Assembly: GCA_027031765.1 (NCBI GenBank)
Contig: JALVPN010000061.1
Location: forward strand, 1 to 16,629
DNA from: Promethearchaeota archaeon
Lineage (GTDB): Archaea > Asgardarchaeota > Thorarchaeia > Thorarchaeales > Thorarchaeaceae
Direction: 5' to 3'
DNA: 16,629 bases
The notes beneath the pieces were generated by a model. The model had not been told where the DNA came from, searched no databases, and saw only the letters and a list, made by a program, of their open reading frames with translations. Shown here piece after piece: positions 7,557-14,401 of this stretch. How positions within the stretch are numbered: the stretch's first letter is position 1; each line of letters begins with the position of its first letter. Both the position numbers and the translations under genes were made by a program.

Positions 7557-10360
7557 TGTTCCTGACGAGTCGTGTGGCCGCCCGCTGGGGCCAAGCACTT
7601 GTCACCGTAGTGGTGTTCTCGCTGGCTTCTGGAGTGGTCGGTGGGCTGCTGTTCTACATGGGGAGCTCTAGCTATGATGTCATCTCGACGCTGGCGGCGG
7701 AGAGTCCTGTAGACATGGACATCACTTTCTCGTCAACGTTCTACAGACAGGAGAACATCACCGTACAGGACGTACGGGACACAGTCCTAAGTATGGACGG
7801 GGTCGTTGCTGCCGACGTGCTGACCGCGGTGGAGTCAACAGAGTTGGACGCGTTCATAACGCTGGGGCTCAATGCCACTGTGCTGGAGACCTTCCCCGAT
7901 GCCCTGGACATCCCTCCAGGGACGCCGTTCCCTAATGAGAGCACCTGTCTGCTTGAGTCTGACTACTTCTGCAATATGGGCTATGAGATTGGTGACAACT
8001 TCACCCTTACAGTGATGCACTGGCAGCCCGGTGTTGGGATTATCACCGTCCGCAGGAACTACACAGTGGTGGGTGTGTTCGACTCCCACATCTACAACCC
8101 TCAAGAAGAAGAGCGCCAGTACACATATCTCCCGGTACTCAGAGTCGTCACCTCACAGGCCGGGCTGGACTCCCTCGCGTCAGAAGTCGGTCACGACCGC
8201 TATGAGGCCCCATTCCACAAGATCTGGGTCAAGTTCGACCGGGCATCGGTCTTCCACAACAGCCCGGCGGAGCTCGCGCAGTCGCTCCAAGAGTCCGCGC
8301 GACGGGTGGAGCAGGAGTTCCTCCCACACGTTGTTGTGGAGCGCTTTGCCCTCCTCGAGGCTGTAATGGCCTACAGCAGCTGGTCTATGAGCATGACCGT
8401 GATAATGGCAACGTTCTCTGTCCCAACGGTCATCATGGGCCTGATGCTTGTCAAGTACGACTCAACACTGGTCGCGGAGGACGAGCGCCGTGATGTAGGC
8501 ACGGTGAAGACGCGGGGCGCCTCGCGACTACAGGCGTTCTCGTGGGTGCTGGGGGATGCGGTTCTTGTCGGTTTCCTGGGCAGCCTTGGCGCAGTGATGC
8601 TCGGTGCCACGGCTGCATGGCTGGCTGGTGGTGTCCGCGGCCTCCTCAATATTGACCCGTCGCTGTTGTTGGGCTTCCGTGTGTTGGTCTCACCTATGGC
8701 CACTGTGGCAGTCTTCGTGTACTCGTTTGCTGTCGGCCTCGTGGTCGCGCTGCCTAGGGCGGTACGTGCATACCTGATGTCGCCTGCTGAGGCCCACAGT
8801 GTGATTGAGCGTGAGAGCCTCCTACAGGAAGAACAGCTCGGCACCCCGACGCTGGAGGTGCTGGCCGTCGCATTTAGCGGCTATTTCCTAGGCGTGTTCA
8901 TGTTCTACGCCGCACTGGCAATGCAGCAGGGCTTTGGAGCACCGGTCTCCTTCCTTGCCGGCGCCTCACCGTTGATTGTGGTGTTCGCAGTGGGCACCGT
9001 CCACCTGCTGTCGCGGCCTGCCCACCGTGCCAAGTCGTGGGTCTTCGGGAAGCTTGCCCGTGGCCATGTGGCGGTAGGCATGCAAGTGCTCAGCAGGATT
9101 GCAAGCATCTCTAGGAAGAGCGAGGCGCGTGCAGTTATGTTCATGGCCTTCGTGTTCACGACCGGCATTTTCGCACCGGTGGTGGCAACAACGGCTACCG
9201 TGCACACCCGTGACCTCGTCATGTTCGAACACGGGGCCGATATTGTCGTGTCGGTGAACCCGCTTGCCACGAACGTCACGCTCGACATGGTCGACAACAT
9301 CACGTCGATTGATGGCGTCCGGGTGGCGAGTGGAGCATTTGTGACATCTGGCCTGGTGTACTACGTCGAGGCAGCGACAGTTGGCTATGAGGTGTTCAAC
9401 AGGTCAATCACCATCGTCGGTGTGCAGCCCGACCTGTGGGCACAGTCCGCCTACTTCAGACCGTACTTCACAAAGGAGCTCGCACCTGATAGCGCACTCC
9501 ACCAGCTGGCGGCCGACCCGTCAAATGTGCTCACCAACTTCAAGCCGGTGGAGAGATATGTTGTCCGGAATGGCATCACCACCCCGGTATATGGCAACAG
9601 GATTCGTGTGGGTCTTGTGGGCCCCAGATGGAAGAACTGGAGCGACTGCACAGTTGTCGATGTCATGTCCCAGACCGAGGCCGACTACACCCCGACGTAT
9701 CTGCCAGGGTATTCGGGTCTCGGCAGTTTTGTCGTCATGGACCTGTCCTACGTCCACCGGTGCCTGAACACGACCCGTATCTCGAAGGTCTACGTTGCCC
9801 TTGAGGACGGTGCCAACAGGACCGCCGTGGTGGAGTCCATCCGCGCCCTCTCACTGACCGGCTTTGCGTCTGTTGTGTGTACGCTCGACTTGTTGGACGA
9901 CTTTGCAGCCCGGCGTACCACACAGGCATCACTGGGGACGTTCACTCTCGACCTAATATTCACTGTGGGCTACCTCACCTTCGGGACTGCAATTGCCACG
10001 GCTGTCAAGTCCCGCAGCACGCGCCGTCAGATGTCTGTCCTCAGGGCACTGGGCTGCGACCGGCAGTGGCTACTGGTGCCTGCTGTCGTCGACGTCCTCG
10101 TCTCGCTGGCCCTCGGACTACTGATCGGGGCCTTTGTATCCGGAGTGCTCGCGTCGTTCACGGTCGTGGTGCCGTTCTTGGACACCAGTCACGTGACGCC
10201 CCTCAGGTGGCTCAGGTTGCCGGTCCTGGTGGAGATCCCGTCCCTCCTCCTCGTTGCTGTGCTCGGGACATGCGTGGTCGTCGCAGTGGCGGCCTGTGCG
10301 GGTGTGACGTGGCGCTCGCTGAACCGTAGCATCGCGCAGGAGGTCCAATATGCGGAGTGA
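7553..10360 (+). CDS. second FtsX/MacB-like ABC permease, internally duplicated
   Basis: Same layout, with motifs RRDVGTVKTRGA (8486-8521) and RRQMSVLRALGC (10022-10057). It overlaps the upstream stop (GTGATG) and has an SD sequence GGAGGTGA at 7542-7549. The start is GTG 7553 or ATG 7556. Confidence 0.92.
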   Translation: MMFLTSRVAARWGQALVTVVVFSLASGVVGGLLFYMGSSSYDVISTLAAESPVDMDITFSSTFYRQENITVQDVRDTVLSMDGVVAADVLTAVESTELDAFITLGLNATVLETFPDALDIPPGTPFPNESTCLLESDYFCNMGYEIGDNFTLTVMHWQPGVGIITVRRNYTVVGVFDSHIYNPQEEERQYTYLPVLRVVTSQAGLDSLASEVGHDRYEAPFHKIWVKFDRASVFHNSPAELAQSLQESARRVEQEFLPHVVVERFALLEAVMAYSSWSMSMTVIMATFSVPTVIMGLMLVKYDSTLVAEDERRDVGTVKTRGASRLQAFSWVLGDAVLVGFLGSLGAVMLGATAAWLAGGVRGLLNIDPSLLLGFRVLVSPMATVAVFVYSFAVGLVVALPRAVRAYLMSPAEAHSVIERESLLQEEQLGTPTLEVLAVAFSGYFLGVFMFYAALAMQQGFGAPVSFLAGASPLIVVFAVGTVHLLSRPAHRAKSWVFGKLARGHVAVGMQVLSRIASISRKSEARAVMFMAFVFTTGIFAPVVATTATVHTRDLVMFEHGADIVVSVNPLATNVTLDMVDNITSIDGVRVASGAFVTSGLVYYVEAATVGYEVFNRSITIVGVQPDLWAQSAYFRPYFTKELAPDSALHQLAADPSNVLTNFKPVERYVVRNGITTPVYGNRIRVGLVGPRWKNWSDCTVVDVMSQTEADYTPTYLPGYSGLGSFVVMDLSYVHRCLNTTRISKVYVALEDGANRTAVVESIRALSLTGFASVVCTLDLLDDFAARRTTQASLGTFTLDLIFTVGYLTFGTAIATAVKSRSTRRQMSVLRALGCDRQWLLVPAVVDVLVSLALGLLIGAFVSGVLASFTVVVPFLDTSHVTPLRWLRLPVLVEIPSLLLVAVLGTCVVVAVAACAGVTWRSLNRSIAQEVQYAE

Positions 10361-10366
10361 TAGACT

Positions 10367-11266
10367 ATGAGTGAAGACTTGGAACAACTGGCTTCGGAGT
10401 ACAAGGTGGTGGTCCGTGACCTGATGAAGGTCTACAGGCGGGGTCTGAAGGAGGTCATCGCTCTCCGTGGCATCGACTTTGAAGTGCGTGCCTCGGAGTT
10501 CATCTCCATAGTGGGGCCCAGTGGGTCGGGCAAGTCAACGCTCCTGAAGATGATTGGTGCGCTTGACCGTCCGACCGCAGGCCTTGTCCTCTTCGAGGGC
10601 TTCAATGTCACCCAGCTCGACGACGTGCGGGCGATGGAGTACCGGCGCAACAAGGTGGGGTTTGTCTGGCAGGTGGGCAACCTAGTGCCGGGCCTGACGG
10701 CACTGAAGAACGTGATGCTACCAATGCGCCTTGCTGGCAAGAAGAAGTCCGAGGCCGAGTCGAGGGCAAGGGAGCTACTCCAGCGAATGGGCCTCAGTGA
10801 CCGCATGCGGCACAGGCCACACCAGCTCTCTGGCGGTGAGAACCAGCGTGTTGCCATCTGCGTCGCACTTGCGAACAGTCCCGAACTCCTACTTGCAGAT
10901 GAGGTCACGGGTGAGCTCGACACCGAGACCACAGACCATGTCATGGAGGCCCTGCGTGAGGTGAACCGTGACCTTGGTACCACCATCATCAATGTGACCC
11001 ACAACCCCCGGGTCGCGAGCTACGCCGGCCGCGTGCTCAGGATCCGGGACGGTCTCATTGAGGGGCAACGACACACCCTTTTCGGTGACATAAGCGAGGT
11101 CGACGCCAAGGGGCGGCTGGTGATCCCTGAGTCGGTGCGCCGACTTGCGGGTATCCGGAAGCGTGTTGTCCTAAGGGTGGTGCCCGAGGGCCTCCTCGTC
11201 GCACCACTGGAGTCCGTTGGCGAGAACAACAATGACGACGCGTCGGACGCTGAAGGGCACGGCTGA
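10367..11266 (+). CDS. ABC transporter ATP-binding protein (LolD/MacB family) with C-terminal AbrB/MazE/MraZ-like domain
   Basis: Walker A GPSGSGKS, Q-loop WQVGNL, LSGGENQRVAI, LLADEVTGELD, VTHN. The C-terminal extension ISEVDAKGRLVIPESVRRLAGI..RVVLRVVPEGLLVAP (11087-11212) fits the swapped-hairpin barrel pattern. Confidence 0.93.
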   Translation: MSEDLEQLASEYKVVVRDLMKVYRRGLKEVIALRGIDFEVRASEFISIVGPSGSGKSTLLKMIGALDRPTAGLVLFEGFNVTQLDDVRAMEYRRNKVGFVWQVGNLVPGLTALKNVMLPMRLAGKKKSEAESRARELLQRMGLSDRMRHRPHQLSGGENQRVAICVALANSPELLLADEVTGELDTETTDHVMEALREVNRDLGTTIINVTHNPRVASYAGRVLRIRDGLIEGQRHTLFGDISEVDAKGRLVIPESVRRLAGIRKRVVLRVVPEGLLVAPLESVGENNNDDASDAEGHG

Positions 11267-11280
11267 CAGGAGTGTTGGTC

Positions 11281-11556
11281 TTGACTGGTCAGAGTACAGT
11301 CCCTACCCGACTCCCGTTCTCCTTCTACGCAGTGCTCGTCACGTTCGGCGTGTTCTTCGCAAGTGTCCTCATCTATGTGATGACACGGCTGCTGGACCAC
11401 CCGTGGGCGAGTGACCTCTGGCTCGTGGGTGTCACAGTTGGCGCAGTCGGTCTGGTGGTGTCCATCCGTCTTGTCCGCCGCGACCAAGAGCGCATGGTCA
11501 GGGAACGGGCTGCACGCGGGGGCCAACAAGAGGAGGGGGCGGAGTCCCCGGCATAG
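11281..11556 (+). CDS. small hypothetical 2-TM membrane protein
   Basis: Two hydrophobic helices (FSFYAVLVTFGVFFASVLIYVM; LWLVGVTVGAVGLVVSI) followed by an Arg-rich tail. AGGAG lies 8 nt before TTG 11281; the ORF track uses GTG 11272. It directly follows the second ATPase. Confidence 0.7.
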   Translation: MTGQSTVPTRLPFSFYAVLVTFGVFFASVLIYVMTRLLDHPWASDLWLVGVTVGAVGLVVSIRLVRRDQERMVRERAARGGQQEEGAESPA

Positions 11557-11829
11557 TCCGGCTGCCAGCAGTGCCCAGTATGAGTGGGGCGACCTCGGTG
11601 CGCCCACCCCCGCCGGGTAGACATCCTCTGTGAGCCGGCCCTCTACACGCGCCCCCCGTGCTACGGGCTCTTGCATCCGGAATAGACATAATAGGACCAA
11701 CTGAGTACTCACCACAGGGACTGCTCGGGCCCAGCAGACGACAGGGGCGCCTGTGATGGGCACTGGTGCACGTGGGGCCCGGTACCACCTGGGCTCTGTC
11801 CGGGACTGACACAGCATGGTCATGCAACA

Positions 11830-13122
11830 GTGAGTGGATATCAGATGGGGTCAAGTGATGGAGCAAGACGACCAGCACTTGCGGGAGCTGGAGCGACGGC
11901 CCGCGACTACGCCGAGTTCTCCAACGAGAAGGTGCTGTTCATTCTCAACCGCCACACAGGACTGGCACCGTACTCGCACGAGTTCGTACCACATGGTATT
12001 GACCCTCAGGTGATGTCTGGTTTCGTGCAGGCCATGTCAAGTTTCATGGGGGAGGTCACGGGGACTGAGGAGACCCGTTGGGAAACAGTGTATGGTAAGG
12101 GTAACTCCTTCATAGTCGAGGGTGGCGAGTGGTCCATGGGCGTCATGGCGGTCAGTCGCAAGACCGCGGAAGTGCGTAGCCGCCTCCGGAAGGTAATCCG
12201 AGAGTTTGAAGAGAGCTACTCGTGCCTGCAGACATGCGATTCCTTTGACGGGAGCCTCTTCAGGGAGTTCGACAGGTTCGTCCAGCGTGTGTTCACAGAG
12301 GACAGGGTTTCCGGCCGGACGGTTGTGCTCAAGGGTGTCAACTGGCGGCAGGTCTCACGACCATACGTCTCTCCCAGACGAGCCTACAAGGTCACCAAGT
12401 TCCTCGTCCGCGTGCGGGACGGGCAGACCGTTGCAGAGGCTGCCGAGTGTCTGGGCTACTCCCTTGCTGAGGCGAAGGCACTGATATCAGACGCCTTCTG
12501 GCACAATGCGGTATTCCTGTTGTACGTGCCACGCGACGATGACATCCTCGAACTGTCAGAGGGTGCTTCTGCATTCATATTCGACCCGGACAACCCCCTT
12601 GGTATCTCGCCTGTGACCATGCGTCTGATAGGACTCCTCGACGGTAGGGTCTCTCTTGGCAAGCACCTTGAGGTGCTCGGGCTCGGTCAGAACGAGGCCG
12701 TGCTCGTTGAGCTGGGCGCCCTGATCAACCGTGGCTATGTCCAGAGGGTGCCAGTGGAACAGGTCCTCGTGCTCGCAAACGAGTGTACGCTGACCCATCT
12801 GCTAGAAGAGTACGGCTCCATAATCGGCTACACCCGTATCCGCGCCTACCTCGACAGCCTCTGTTCGGACGGCGTCCCGAATCAGCCATGGGTGTGCAGG
12901 GTGCGGGTCACTGACGATATGCGTGTGTACTGTCCACTGAACGAGTATCTCTCTCCCACTGAACTCGACATGGCCTACGACGCCCTCGAGCTGCTCATCA
13001 ACGGCCTCGTCGAGCGGGTGTCAGATGTGATTGGTGCGCAGCGTGCACGCGAGGTCCACTCCACCGCCCGCTACGAGTGCAACAGGAAGTGGGCCAGGTA
13101 TCTGGAGTCCGTGACAATATGA
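11830..13122 (+). CDS. Asgard-type longin-like domain protein with two winged-helix-like repeats
   Basis: VLFILNRHTGL..YS....IDPQVMSGFVQAMSSF..E followed by a beta-hairpin and EVRSRLRKVIREFEE (11926-12294) is the longin pattern. HTH-like segments lie at 12385-12522 (DGQTVAEAAECLGYSLAEAKALISDAFWHNAV) and 12610-12750 (LDGRVSLGKHL...LGALINRGYV). ATG 11845 is an alternative start. Confidence 0.78.
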   Translation: MSGYQMGSSDGARRPALAGAGATARDYAEFSNEKVLFILNRHTGLAPYSHEFVPHGIDPQVMSGFVQAMSSFMGEVTGTEETRWETVYGKGNSFIVEGGEWSMGVMAVSRKTAEVRSRLRKVIREFEESYSCLQTCDSFDGSLFREFDRFVQRVFTEDRVSGRTVVLKGVNWRQVSRPYVSPRRAYKVTKFLVRVRDGQTVAEAAECLGYSLAEAKALISDAFWHNAVFLLYVPRDDDILELSEGASAFIFDPDNPLGISPVTMRLIGLLDGRVSLGKHLEVLGLGQNEAVLVELGALINRGYVQRVPVEQVLVLANECTLTHLLEEYGSIIGYTRIRAYLDSLCSDGVPNQPWVCRVRVTDDMRVYCPLNEYLSPTELDMAYDALELLINGLVERVSDVIGAQRAREVHSTARYECNRKWARYLESVTI

Positions 13123-13241
13123 GCCCCCCTACAACAACATCGTGGTACTGGTACAGGTAGTACCGACCGTCCGGCGCAGGCGGGTGGCCCCGGTACTGGC
13201 ACATTGCCGTGACGCGTAGGTCCCACAGATGCACTGCCCGT

Positions 13242-14105
13242 CTATCTGTTTGCTGACAGCCCGACAATGAGCCGTCCCATCGACCTGAGCACCAGCTCTC
13301 GTGTCAGTCCTGCCGCCGTCGTTAGGTCTCCCGCCTCAATGATATGGCACCCCGCCTGTTTCCCACGTCCAACGAGGTACTCTTGGATTTCTCTCGTGGC
13401 TGCAAACTCCTCCTCCCTGACCTCAGTACGGTTGTCGACCGTGCGGAGTCCTGTGAGTCCCTTGCTAAGGAACATGGCCCGGTGCAGCTCCTCGGGTGGG
13501 TTGAGCACCACCTCCAACACATTGTCGCCGTTCCTGCTGTCCTCAAGCGTGCCCGGTACTAGATGGACACCCTCCACAACAGCATCGACTCCCTCGTATA
13601 TGACCCTCGCTACGAGTCCCGATATTGCTGGCTGCATCACAGCACACTGGGCAAGGTAGCCACGGACCGCCCTGTTCAGCCCCTCTGGCCCGGCCCTCCT
13701 ATACTTGTGTGCCTGATACGTATGGCAGAACAGCTCGGGGTACTGCTCCGCAGAGAGGACGGCTCGCAGGACCTGTCTCACTGTGTCTGTCGTCACCGTG
13801 CGTGTCGGGGCGAGGCACTGCACCATCTCAAGGGCCACAACGGACTTCCCGGTGGCGGAGGCACCCTCCAGCGCCAGCACGATGGGCCTGACAGTCCCTG
13901 AGGCCCTGAGCCTGTCGTACTCCAACACTATGCGGAGCCCATCACGGTGGTCTGATCCCACAACGTCAATGGCACTGTCATCGGGCCATGCGATACCGTG
14001 CGGCACCTCTGGCAGTGCGGCCAGCACCTGTTCGCGGGTGGAAGCATCGAGCCCGGCAAGCCTGAGTCTGCTCTCCACCACGACTCTTGGTGTACCTCTG
14101 ACCAT
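13242..14105 (-). CDS. 2-phosphoglycerate kinase family P-loop kinase (COG2074-like)
   Basis: PIVLALEGASATGKS (P-loop 13842-13865), TDTVRQVLR, PELFCHTYQA, VVEGVHLVPG and REIQEYL all match family motifs. SD sequence AGGTGA lies at plus 14115-14120. Confidence 0.85.
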   Translation of the reverse strand: MVRGTPRVVVESRLRLAGLDASTREQVLAALPEVPHGIAWPDDSAIDVVGSDHRDGLRIVLEYDRLRASGTVRPIVLALEGASATGKSVVALEMVQCLAPTRTVTTDTVRQVLRAVLSAEQYPELFCHTYQAHKYRRAGPEGLNRAVRGYLAQCAVMQPAISGLVARVIYEGVDAVVEGVHLVPGTLEDSRNGDNVLEVVLNPPEELHRAMFLSKGLTGLRTVDNRTEVREEEFAATREIQEYLVGRGKQAGCHIIEAGDLTTAAGLTRELVLRSMGRLIVGLSANR

Positions 14106-14338
14106 GTTGTCCCATCACCTGCACTCGTATCTGCACACTGTTGGAGAGGGTGACATGCGTCAGCACGGGTGGTACGGCCGTCCCGGTCCGGTCAGTCCAG
14201 GCTCTCCCACACACGTTTTGTGTGTTGTGGTCCAGCCGTCCGTTTCAATGACATGACCCCTGTCGGTGCCCGCCGTGGCGGGACGGTCCGCAGTGGTCTC
14301 AGCACTGGACTATCTCCACCGCGGACTAGCTACATGTC

Positions 14339-14352
14339 CGCAACCCTTTTCT
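14339..14352 (+). promoter_or_regulatory. putative BRE-TATA promoter
   Basis: cgcaacccTTTTCT, about 50 nt upstream of the likely start of the following membrane-protein gene. Confidence 0.35.
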
Positions 14353-14401
14353 TGTCCTGCTCTTGAATCTGGGTGGTGTGAACTCGACTAGAGGACTGGT
14401 G

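Noticed and set aside
13144-13164. 6-bp hairpin (ggtact/agtacc) between the convergent longin and kinase genes
   Set aside because: The stem is too short and has no U-tract, so it cannot be called a terminator.
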